This document shows positions 1 to 8,658 of a stretch of 64,000 bases of DNA, piece after piece. Under the pieces are notes generated by a model. It was given only the letters and a program-made list of their open reading frames with translations, had not been told where the DNA came from and searched no databases. Location of the stretch: the NCBI GenBank assembly GCA_963668095.1, contig OY764083.1:738322-802321 (forward strand). The letters run 5' to 3'. Within the stretch, counting starts at the first letter, position 1, and every line of letters begins with the position of its first letter. The position numbers were made by a program, and so were the translations under genes. Source of the DNA: Acidobacteriota bacterium. Lineage in GTDB: Bacteria > Acidobacteriota > UBA6911 > RPQK01 > JAJDTT01.

Positions 1-933
1 TCCCGGAAGGGGCCCGTAATCGACTCGTCCCACCCAGGCCAGATTGCGCGCATTCTCCAAGAACGATTTCTGCCTGCCCTCCCGGAATCCCTCCTCCGCC
101 GAAAAGAGGGAGCCGTCCATGGAGCTCATGACATAGGTCTTGTAGGAAAGGCCGCCGCCCAGGTCTCCCACGAAGCCTCCGCCGCCGGCGAACCAGGTCG
201 TGGGAAGGATCACCTCATCCACGAATGGACGTTCCACTCCGTGAAATGCAGTGGGCTCATGCCTTTCGTTGATGATTCCAACCGGGGTCAGCAAGATGCC
301 GGCCCGAAAGTTGAACCGCGGGTCGATGAGGAAGTCCAGGTAGGCCTGCTCCAACTCCAACTCACCGGTGGGAGCGCCTCCCTCGATCAGACCGTGCTCC
401 AATTCCAGCTCCGACCAGAACCGGACCCGATCCCCGAACATGTGGCCCAGGTTCAGAACGAAGCGGTGAAAATCGAGAGTCGTCGGGTTCAGACCGTCGT
501 GGTTGACATGCATCTCCATGTACCCGGACATGGGCATGCTGCCGCCGAACAGTCCCGTCGACGCGTCGGGAGTGTCTGGCGCCGCGACCACCTCGGCGAC
601 CACCATCGCTTCCTCCTCCGGAAACGCCTCCGCTTCCGGGGCCGGCTCCTCGACCCGAGACACTTGCCGGCGAATCGTCTTCAATTCAGCGGCCAGAGAC
701 TGCAGCTCACCTTTCACATCCTCTCCGAGAGTGCCCCCCAGCGCGTCGGCCAAGAGTCCGATCAACCGCTCCAGGTTGGATTCCACCCGGTCAAGACGGT
801 GTTCGAGGGACTCCTCCGGGGGATTGGCGATCGCCGGTACGGTCACGCTCACGACCAGGACAGTCACCAATACCCAAATGGGGAAGTTGGATCCGGGGCG
901 CGCCGCCATGGCGGCGATGGGCAAATATTTCAT
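1..933 (-). CDS. putative outer-membrane porin-like protein (signal peptide, N-terminal coiled coil, beta-rich body); C-terminal end runs off the window start
   Basis: Absent from ORF track because there is no stop inside the window. Manual minus-strand translation from ATG at 933..931 reads MKYLPIAAMAARPGSNFPIWVLVTVLVVSVTVPAIANPPEESLEHRLDRVESNLERLIGLLADALGG...HVNHDGLNPTTLDFHRFVLNLGHMFGDRVRFWSELELEHG...GILLTPVGIINERHEPTAFHGVERPFVDEVILPTTWFAGGGGFVGDLGGGLSYKTY, open to position 1. The plus-strand ORFs 241..963 and 503..946 are shadows of this gene. Confidence 0.55.
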   Translation of the reverse strand, partial: MKYLPIAAMAARPGSNFPIWVLVTVLVVSVTVPAIANPPEESLEHRLDRVESNLERLIGLLADALGGTLGEDVKGELQSLAAELKTIRRQVSRVEEPAPEAEAFPEEEAMVVAEVVAAPDTPDASTGLFGGSMPMSGYMEMHVNHDGLNPTTLDFHRFVLNLGHMFGDRVRFWSELELEHGLIEGGAPTGELELEQAYLDFLIDPRFNFRAGILLTPVGIINERHEPTAFHGVERPFVDEVILPTTWFAGGGGFVGDLGGGLSYKTYVMSSMDGSLFSAEEGFREGRQKSFLENARNLAWVGRVDYGPLPG

Positions 934-1073
934 GGCGCTAAGTTAAAGTTTAGCCTTGCCTAAATCTAAGGTCAATGCGCAGGCTGCCAATTTCGGACCG
1001 AGTGGCGGAATAACCCTTCGATCTCAGGTATTCCCGGATTTCAAGGGGACCGTAGAAAACCCCGGCATTGTCG

Positions 1074-3488
1074 TCAGGTGCCGGGTGCGGTTTCGGAAAC
1101 GATCTGGTCGTAAACGCGGCGGGCATGATCGTAAGCCCTGCGTGCCGCGTCTTTCTCGGATTCGCGGATCCTGGCTTGCTTCATCTTCCAACATTGATCC
1201 ACGGCTTGGCGGCACCATTCGGCGCTTCTGCGTGAGGCCCGGACCGGCTTGTCTCCCACCATGACGAAGATGGGATTGGTGTGGGAACTGCCGAGGACCC
1301 GCAGTGCGACCCAACTGGACCGGATGAACTCATGATCGAACTCGATCTCGTTCCAGTCGCCGTCAGCCGTCACAACCCGGGTTGCCACGGACTGGCCATT
1401 GACCACCAGGTCCACGGGAACGTCGCGGCTGGTTCCCGTTCGGGCCCGCTCCAGATGCCAATAGGGAGGCTGAGTCAGGCCGCGGGAGGCGATCAGCGCT
1501 CCCACGTCATCCTGCTGTTCCGGAAGGTAGGCGGCGATCCGGGCTCGGACCCTCCCCCTGCCGGGAGCGGCCAGCCGGAGTTCACTCCCCTCGGTGCCCA
1601 GATCCCGGTCCTGCACCTGAAAGCCGATAATGTGGGATCTGCCGTCGGAGACGTAGCTCCTTCCGGCGCGGATCTGATCCATGTAGCGGTCGAAGTCCAA
1701 CTCCCCCTCCAGCTTCGCGTAGCTGCGGGCCATCCCGATGCGGTCGTCGTAGATGCAGGGGAAATCCGTCTCTCCACTGATTCGGGTCCGGAACCCGGAA
1801 TTCAGGGTGTGGTACCAGATGTTGAGCTCCCAGGGCAGCGGCGTGTCTCCGGCGGAGATGAAGTCGACCGCGTCGTGGGTCACAGACACGATGTATTCAT
1901 TGGCGCCGATCCCGTCGAATTTGGCCATCACGTAGTTGGGCAGCTCGGTGGTGAATTCCTTCGGCTCCAATCCCCATCCCGAGTGAGAGTAGCCGACGAC
2001 GGCACCCTGACCTTGGCCCCACTGGAGGACGGGAAGGGTCCAACTGGGCCATTGCTGGACTCGGGTCGTCCCAGGGTAGTCGTCTTCCCGCAACCGCAGA
2101 AGACAGAGATGTCCGGCGTGGGAGGAGGGGAAACCGGAGACCTCCACGTCATAGCGCATCAGGTTGTTCGGGGTGGAGAGGGAATGCACCCGACCCTCGA
2201 AGTTCTGTTTCTGGTGATACCAGCACGGTCCCCAGGTCAGGACGCAGGCGATGTTCAGATCTTCACCCAGCGCCTGACGCCACATGTGAGACGGCTGGAC
2301 GCCCTCGTCGGGACTCTCGTAGTGGCTGCATCCGGCGGCGTGGACATGGTGATCGGCGCTGTACCATCCCAGAGCCGCCAAATGCGTCCAGCGCTCCAGA
2401 CGAAATTCGATCTCCTGCTTCTCGACACCGGGACGAACCCGGACTCTCCTGTTCTGGACCAGATATTCCGGACCGCGGCTGACCTGAATTTCGTATTCGC
2501 CCGCCGGCAGGAAGACATGCTCCCCGTCGGCACGGTAGATCTGCGGATGAAAGTAGAAATCGGGATATTCTCCGCGGGAGAGCCGCCGCGACGGCAGCGG
2601 ATAGACGCCCACCAGACGGCCGACGGGGGCCGGCGTGTCGCCGATGCCCCGGGTCCGGTCCCACGGACGCCTCAGCGCCCGCGCCAACCGGTAGTCCGAG
2701 GGCAACCGATTCAACTCCGGATCCTCGATCACCCGTTCGATGCCGTCGGTGATGACGAACGACGCCATGGTGGGAGCACCGTCGTGATCCTTGACCCCGA
2801 GCCGGACGCGGACCGCCGGACGGCACTCGAAGAGGATGTCCACGCTGTTGCGAAAGCCGAGATCCTGGGTCCCCTGCCCCACGTGGAATCCGATCTTGGC
2901 TTCGCGCAACCCTTGTTCCCGGGTGTAGATCTGGATGATGGCATACTCGAGTTTCAGACCCGAAAGATGGCTCCGCAGGGGACGGCGGCCATAGACGGCC
3001 AACTCCAGGAAACGATTGGCCACATCTCCATCCGAGAGCGCGTTCTCCGGTTTGACCCGTTTCGCCCCCGTCGACCTGTGAAACAGCGGCAGCGCGTTGG
3101 GGCTTTCGGCGTGGAGCTGGGCGTTGACGGCGGCGTCATTTTCTATCTTGACCAGAAAGCTGGTCCACCCGCCCCGGACAAGAAGAGGCGCCGCCGGACC
3201 GCGCAACACTTTGACCCGAGCCTCGGGGTTGATGGACACCATGGCCAGGCAATACGGATCCAACAGGGTCTGGATCTCACGAACCACCGTGTCGGAAGGA
3301 GCCTCATCCCTCAAGGCCTGTACGCGCTCCCAGTCCCGGCTGTCCAATCGGCTGCCCAGGAACGAGAGGGCCTCCCCCAAGCGAACGACCTGCGCCACCA
3401 GGGGCTGGGGCTCGACATCCTGAACCAGCGGAAGGGCCTGTCCCGGGAGAAATGACGGAAACGATGCAGAGAGGACGATCAACGCCAT
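1074..3488 (-). CDS. secreted CehA/McbA-type (PHP-like) metallohydrolase domain protein
   Basis: 808-aa ORF (track start 3500 is GTG; first ATG at 3488 gives signal-peptide-like MALIVLSASFPSFLPGQALP). Motif WYSADHHVHAAGCSHYE resembles the His-rich first motif of PHP/CehA-McbA metallohydrolases. The rest is a large beta-rich secreted body. The family call is inferential. Confidence 0.5.
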   Translation of the reverse strand: MALIVLSASFPSFLPGQALPLVQDVEPQPLVAQVVRLGEALSFLGSRLDSRDWERVQALRDEAPSDTVVREIQTLLDPYCLAMVSINPEARVKVLRGPAAPLLVRGGWTSFLVKIENDAAVNAQLHAESPNALPLFHRSTGAKRVKPENALSDGDVANRFLELAVYGRRPLRSHLSGLKLEYAIIQIYTREQGLREAKIGFHVGQGTQDLGFRNSVDILFECRPAVRVRLGVKDHDGAPTMASFVITDGIERVIEDPELNRLPSDYRLARALRRPWDRTRGIGDTPAPVGRLVGVYPLPSRRLSRGEYPDFYFHPQIYRADGEHVFLPAGEYEIQVSRGPEYLVQNRRVRVRPGVEKQEIEFRLERWTHLAALGWYSADHHVHAAGCSHYESPDEGVQPSHMWRQALGEDLNIACVLTWGPCWYHQKQNFEGRVHSLSTPNNLMRYDVEVSGFPSSHAGHLCLLRLREDDYPGTTRVQQWPSWTLPVLQWGQGQGAVVGYSHSGWGLEPKEFTTELPNYVMAKFDGIGANEYIVSVTHDAVDFISAGDTPLPWELNIWYHTLNSGFRTRISGETDFPCIYDDRIGMARSYAKLEGELDFDRYMDQIRAGRSYVSDGRSHIIGFQVQDRDLGTEGSELRLAAPGRGRVRARIAAYLPEQQDDVGALIASRGLTQPPYWHLERARTGTSRDVPVDLVVNGQSVATRVVTADGDWNEIEFDHEFIRSSWVALRVLGSSHTNPIFVMVGDKPVRASRRSAEWCRQAVDQCWKMKQARIRESEKDAARRAYDHARRVYDQIVSETAPGT

Positions 3489-3694
3489 GGCCTGCTTCAC
3501 GGTGGGCCTCCTTTCAGGGTAAGAATCGCGGTTTCAGGCTACCACAGGGGAAAGGGATGACTCCTCCGATTCCTTGAATTGCCCCTCGGCGGCCGATATT
3601 CTTCTGGCGGAACGGCCGGCGGCGCCACGCCGCGGGACACGGCGGCAACCGCCGTCCGGGATCCGTCCAACGCCAGTGAAAGGAGCAACGAGTC

Positions 3695-4588
3695 ATGCCC
3701 GACGCAGACCGGCCAGGCGAGGCCAAGCAATTCTATACCGATATCCCCGCAACCAATAAACCCTTCTTTCTGAAGGGATCCAACTCTCTGGACTGGGGTA
3801 TGCAGAACCGCCTCTCGCGGATCTTCAATCCGGCCTCGGGACGTACCGTCATGCTGGCCGTCGACCATGGCTACTTCATGGGTCCGACCACCGGCTTGGA
3901 GCGGATCGACGTTCGCATCGTCCCCCTCCTGGACTACTGCGACGCCCTGATGCTGACCCGGGGGATCCTCCGCACCACTATCCCCTCCAGTTTCGGACGG
4001 GGAACCGTGCTCCGCGCCAGCGGCGGCCCCAGCATCCTCAAGGAGCTTTCCGACGAGCAGCTCGCCCTGGATATCGAGGACGGCCTCAGAGCCAATGCCG
4101 CGGCACTGGCGGTCCAGGTCTTCATCGGAGGCGAGTACGAGAGCCAATCGGTCCTGAACATGACCCGTCTGGTAGATCTGGGCAACCGCTACGGAATGCC
4201 GGTGCTGGCGGTGACGGCGGTGGGCAGAGAGATGGAGCGGAACGCCAAGTACTTCCGGCTCGCCTGCCGGATGTGCGCCGAGTTGGGGGCCCATATCGTC
4301 AAGAGTTACTACATTCCCGACGGATTCGAGACCGTTACCGCCTCGTGCCCCGTCCCCATGGTCATGGCCGGCGGCAAAAAGCTCCCCGAACTGGATGCAC
4401 TCACGATGGCGTACAACGCGGTCCAACAGGGAGCCTCCGGCGTGGACATGGGCCGAAACATCTTCCAGAGCGACACTCCACGAGCCATGATCCAGGCGAT
4501 CCGGCAAGTCGTCCACAACCAACTGAAACCCAGCCACGCCTACGAGCTCTACCAGGATATGAGAGCGGAGAGTCTGGCCTCGACCTGA
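3695..4588 (+). CDS. DhnA/LsrF/FbaB-type class I aldolase (DeoC/LacD superfamily)
   Basis: 297 aa. Conserved [11 protein letters not shown] and VKSYY (Schiff-base Lys context) typical of DhnA-type aldolases. ATG at 3695 is preceded by AAAGGAG at about 3679-3685. Confidence 0.75.
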   Translation: MPDADRPGEAKQFYTDIPATNKPFFLKGSNSLDWGMQNRLSRIFNPASGRTVMLAVDHGYFMGPTTGLERIDVRIVPLLDYCDALMLTRGILRTTIPSSFGRGTVLRASGGPSILKELSDEQLALDIEDGLRANAAALAVQVFIGGEYESQSVLNMTRLVDLGNRYGMPVLAVTAVGREMERNAKYFRLACRMCAELGAHIVKSYYIPDGFETVTASCPVPMVMAGGKKLPELDALTMAYNAVQQGASGVDMGRNIFQSDTPRAMIQAIRQVVHNQLKPSHAYELYQDMRAESLAST

Positions 4589-4702
4589 CGTTCTGCCGGC
4601 GGCGGGACGCGGACCGGTTCACCCATCGCTCGGACTCGACGATCCGATTCCTTCCCGCGGCCGCTGGGGCCGGGACGGTCCGGAAACCACGGAACACGGA
4701 AT

Positions 4703-6811
4703 ATGAAAAGCCGTTGGTCCGACCAGGAGGCCGAACGGTTCGTTGTTCGGTACGCTCGCCGCTGGGGCCGGGATCTTGCCCTGAGAACTTACGCATCCCG
4801 TCTTCTGGGACGGGAGTCGGCTCTCGTGCTTCACGGGGGCGGCAACACATCGGTCAAGACCCGGATCAGTAACCTGCTGCAAGACCGGATCTCCGCCCTC
4901 ATGGTGAAAGCGTCCGGACACGACCTCGCCCGGATCGAGCCCGAGGGACATACGGGACTGGACCTGATCCACCTGATCCGCCTCCAGAGTCTGGAGCAAC
5001 TCGACGACCGGCAGATGGTGGACGAGTTCATGACCCGCCGGCTGGACCCCCGGTCCCATGTCCCGTCCATCGAAACCCTGGTCCACGCCTTCCTGCCTCC
5101 CAAATTCATCGATCACTGTCACGCCGACGCCATTCTGGCGTTGACCAATCAACCCAACGGAGAAGCACTGGTCCGGGAAGCCTTGGGCGACGAGGTTCTG
5201 GTTCTGGATTACTTCGAACCAGGCTTCTCCCTGGCCAAGGCATCGGCCGACGCGTTCCACCATGATCCGAACCGGGCGGGCATGGTCTGGATGAAGCACG
5301 GTCTGGTCACCTGGGGGCAAACGGCCCGGGAGTCGTACGAAGCCACCATCGATCTGGTGAATCGAGCCGAAAGCTTTCTGGCCAGGGAGGCGTCGCGATC
5401 GCTCTCATTGCGGGTCCGAACTTCACCGGAAACGGCTCTCTCGCGATGGAGCCGGGTGGCGCCAATCCTGCGAGGAGCTCTGGCCCGGGCGACGGGTCAT
5501 CCCGACCATCCTTGGGAACGCGTGATCCTGATTCCTCTCCTTTCCCGGGACACGTTGGACCTTCTGGATTCCCACCCTGGACGTTTACTGGCCGTCACAC
5601 CGCCCCTGACCGCGGACCACTTGATCCGAATCCGGAATCTTCCACTCTGGATCGAACCGCCGGAGAGCGACGATTCCCTTGCCTGGAAGAAGCAAATTCG
5701 AGAGGCCCTGAGCGGCTACTCCAAGGAGTGCGGCGCGTTCATCCAACGCCACCGGGAGCCGGGCTCGGAGGCCGGGTCCGCCGCTGACCTCTCGCCTCGC
5801 CTCATCCTGATTCCCGGAATTGGAGCCGCCTGTGCCGGACCTGACATCAAGGCGGCCGGAATCGCACGGGACATTGCCCGGCAGACCTTCATGGTCAAGG
5901 TCCGAATAGCCCGCATGGGAGGAATCTACCAGGGACTTGACGAGTCTCACCTGTACCAGATGGAGCACCGCGGCATCCAACAGGCTAAGCTTTCCGGCGG
6001 TGGGCAACCCTTGAGCAGCCACGTCGCCGTCGTGACCGGAGCGGCGGGAGCCATCGGTTCGGGCATCAGCCGCGGACTGTTGGAGGAGGGTTGCCACGTG
6101 GCCGTGACGGATCTCCCCGGCGATCGGCTGGATGGTCTGGCCGCGGAGTTGAACGGTGGTTTCCCCAACCGGGTGACGGCCGTGCCAATGGACGTTACCA
6201 GTACCCGATCCGTCGCCGAAGCCTTCGACTCCATCGTACTCAAGTGGGGAGGCGTCGATCTCGTGGTCATCAATGCCGGCATCGCCTTGACCGGTTCGCT
6301 CGCCGAGATGGACAGCGGCGAGTTTCGGAAATCGGAGAGAGTCAACGTCGAGGGGACGCTTCACCTGCTGTCAGAGGCGGCTCGGCACTTCCGGATCCAA
6401 GGCACCGGTGGAGACGTGGTCCTGGTCTCCACCAAGAACGTTTTCGCTCCCGGCGCCGGCTTCGGCGCCTACAGCGCCACCAAGGCGGCCTCCCATCAGT
6501 TGGCTCGCATCGCCAGCCTGGAGTTGGCCGCAATGGACGTCAGAGTCAACATGGTGGCTCCGGACGCCGTTTTCTCCGACGGTGACCGTAGATCAGGCCT
6601 GTGGGAGCAGGTCGGTCCCGACCGTATGCGCGCCCGGGGACTGGACCAGGAAGGCTTGGAAGAATACTACCGGAAGCGCAACCTGCTCAAAACGAGGGTC
6701 ACCGCGGATCACGTGGCCCGTGCGGTCCTCTTCTTCGCTTCCCGCCAGACGCCCACCACCGGGGCGACCCTGCCGGTGGACGGAGGATTGCCCGACGCCA
6801 CCCCGAGATGA
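4703..6811 (+). CDS. bifunctional class II aldolase/adducin-domain + short-chain dehydrogenase (RhaEW-like rhamnulose-1-phosphate aldolase / lactaldehyde dehydrogenase)
   Basis: 702 aa. N-terminal class II aldolase domain (LHGGGNTSVK). C-terminal SDR with VAVVTGAAGAIGSGIS Rossmann motif and a YSATK catalytic motif. Size and domain order match the known bifunctional RhaEW family. Confidence 0.75.
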   Translation: MKSRWSDQEAERFVVRYARRWGRDLALRTYASRLLGRESALVLHGGGNTSVKTRISNLLQDRISALMVKASGHDLARIEPEGHTGLDLIHLIRLQSLEQLDDRQMVDEFMTRRLDPRSHVPSIETLVHAFLPPKFIDHCHADAILALTNQPNGEALVREALGDEVLVLDYFEPGFSLAKASADAFHHDPNRAGMVWMKHGLVTWGQTARESYEATIDLVNRAESFLAREASRSLSLRVRTSPETALSRWSRVAPILRGALARATGHPDHPWERVILIPLLSRDTLDLLDSHPGRLLAVTPPLTADHLIRIRNLPLWIEPPESDDSLAWKKQIREALSGYSKECGAFIQRHREPGSEAGSAADLSPRLILIPGIGAACAGPDIKAAGIARDIARQTFMVKVRIARMGGIYQGLDESHLYQMEHRGIQQAKLSGGGQPLSSHVAVVTGAAGAIGSGISRGLLEEGCHVAVTDLPGDRLDGLAAELNGGFPNRVTAVPMDVTSTRSVAEAFDSIVLKWGGVDLVVINAGIALTGSLAEMDSGEFRKSERVNVEGTLHLLSEAARHFRIQGTGGDVVLVSTKNVFAPGAGFGAYSATKAASHQLARIASLELAAMDVRVNMVAPDAVFSDGDRRSGLWEQVGPDRMRARGLDQEGLEEYYRKRNLLKTRVTADHVARAVLFFASRQTPTTGATLPVDGGLPDATPR

Positions 6812-6819
6812 TCGCCGGC

Positions 6820-8649
6820 TCACGGATCGAGTTCGGAGATATCCGGAAACGTAGCGGCCTCCAAGGTCTGAGGCTCCAGAGGCAGCGGGCCGCGGGAACG
6901 GCTCAAACGGTCACGAAGTTCCCTGCTGGCTTCGAGATCCAGATCTTCACCAGCGGATTGGAGCACCACCCCATACTCGGAACGGGCCTTCTCGATGCTC
7001 ACCTTTCCTTGCCGGACATCTTCCCGGACGGCCTCGGGGTCCCGGCGAAGTGGATCGCCGTAGCCTCCGCCCCCGGCCTGGACCAGGTGGTAGACGTCCC
7101 CCTCCTTCATGCGCAGCAGGAATTTGGAAGGCAGAGCTCTGACTTCGGTTTCGGGATTGAGAGTGTTGCGGGTGGGCGTCCCCGGGCTCCCTCCCCGGTT
7201 GCCCCAGGGAAGGAAACGCGTCCGATCCGACCGGACTTGCAGGGTCGCCTCCGGAGCCAGCAGCTGAAACTCCCGGACCATCCCCAGACCGCCCCGATAC
7301 CGGCCGGCCCCGGCGGAATCGGTCACGAATCCGTAGCGCCGGATCAGAAGCGGCTGATCGGCCTCGATGGTCTCCACGGGAGTATTGGCCATGTTGGTGA
7401 TAGGAGCAGTCACCCCGTCGGCGCCGTCGGCCGCAGGACCGCCGCCCCGAGGCCCGTCATTGTTGAACTCCAGGTAGACGAAGGGCTTCCCGTCCGGGTA
7501 ATAGCCCCCGACACTGATGCCGACGTCTCCTCCACCCCAGGCCGCCGGCACCCGATGAGGCAGCGCCTTGGCGAAGGCGCCGAAAACGGCGTGGCCGACC
7601 CGGAACCCGCCCAGACCTCGAGCCGCCACCGCCCCGGGATGCCGCGGATTGACGAAACAACCCTCCGGCGCGGTCACGTGAATGGGCCGGAAGAAACCCG
7701 CGTTGGCGTTGATGCCCGGGTCCGTCAAGCACTTGAATACCGCGTAGACCGTAGACCGGGTGAAAGCGAAATTGGGGTTGATGGAGCCGCGCGCCTGCGG
7801 CGAGGTGCCGGCGAAATCCACCACCATCTCATCGCCTTCGACGGTGATCCGAACTCGTATGGCGATGGGATCGGGGTCCAGCCCGTCGGTGTCGATGTAG
7901 TCTTGAAATTCCCAGGAGCCGTCGGGCAGCTCCCGGATCTCGGCCCGGGTCAGACGCTCCGTATGGTCGACGATGCTGGCCATGTGACCCAGAAGTGGAT
8001 CAAAGCCGTACTCCCGGGATAGCCGCAGCAGTTCCTTCTCTCCCTGAGCCAGGGCGGAGACCTGGGAGCGGAGATCTCCCAAGACCTTGTCCGGCACCCG
8101 GACGTTGCGTTCCACGATGCGCCAGACGGACGTGTTCAGAGAACCGGCTTCGAAGAGCTTGAGGGGAGGAAGCCTCAGTCCTTCCTGATAGATCTCGGTG
8201 TTGTCACAGGCATTTCCTCCGGCCACCCGCCCCCCGATGTCGGTGTGGTGAGCGATCACGCAGACCCAGCTCAGGAGTCGACCCTCCTGGAAGACCGGCT
8301 TGAACAGGAAGATGTCGGGCAGGTGGCTGGCCCCGTCGTAGGGATCGTTGTTGGCGAAGATGTCTCCGGGTTGAACGTCGTTCCCGAATTGACGCCGAAC
8401 CGCATCCAGAGCCGGTTGCATGGCGCCCATATGGAAGGGGAGCGTCAATCCCTGGGCCACCTGCTGCCCGTCCGGGTCGAAGATGGCGGTGGAGAAATCC
8501 ATCCCGTCCTTGACCACGGATGACGACGCCGTACGGACCACCGTGACAGCCATGGTGTCCGCGGCGCTGTAGAGATAGTTCTTGACAATCTCCCGGGTCC
8601 ACGGATCCCGGGTCGACTTCTGCTTCGCCTTGGCGTCTCTGCTATCCAT
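6820..8649 (-). CDS. hyuB: hydantoinase B / 5-oxoprolinase family subunit (HyuB)
   Basis: 611-aa ORF, first ATG at 8649 (track start 8655 is GTG). Typical HyuB blocks such as DPYDGASHLPDIFLFKPVF and GGGYGDPLRRDPEAV. Lies 9 nt downstream of hyuA. Confidence 0.8.
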   Translation of the reverse strand: MDSRDAKAKQKSTRDPWTREIVKNYLYSAADTMAVTVVRTASSSVVKDGMDFSTAIFDPDGQQVAQGLTLPFHMGAMQPALDAVRRQFGNDVQPGDIFANNDPYDGASHLPDIFLFKPVFQEGRLLSWVCVIAHHTDIGGRVAGGNACDNTEIYQEGLRLPPLKLFEAGSLNTSVWRIVERNVRVPDKVLGDLRSQVSALAQGEKELLRLSREYGFDPLLGHMASIVDHTERLTRAEIRELPDGSWEFQDYIDTDGLDPDPIAIRVRITVEGDEMVVDFAGTSPQARGSINPNFAFTRSTVYAVFKCLTDPGINANAGFFRPIHVTAPEGCFVNPRHPGAVAARGLGGFRVGHAVFGAFAKALPHRVPAAWGGGDVGISVGGYYPDGKPFVYLEFNNDGPRGGGPAADGADGVTAPITNMANTPVETIEADQPLLIRRYGFVTDSAGAGRYRGGLGMVREFQLLAPEATLQVRSDRTRFLPWGNRGGSPGTPTRNTLNPETEVRALPSKFLLRMKEGDVYHLVQAGGGGYGDPLRRDPEAVREDVRQGKVSIEKARSEYGVVLQSAGEDLDLEASRELRDRLSRSRGPLPLEPQTLEAATFPDISELDP

Positions 8650-8658
8650 GACCACGGA

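Noticed and set aside
1281-3455. 724-aa plus-strand ORF
   Set aside because: Antisense shadow of the CehA/McbA-like gene. Low-complexity Arg/Gly/Pro-rich translation typical of high-GC wrong-frame ORFs.
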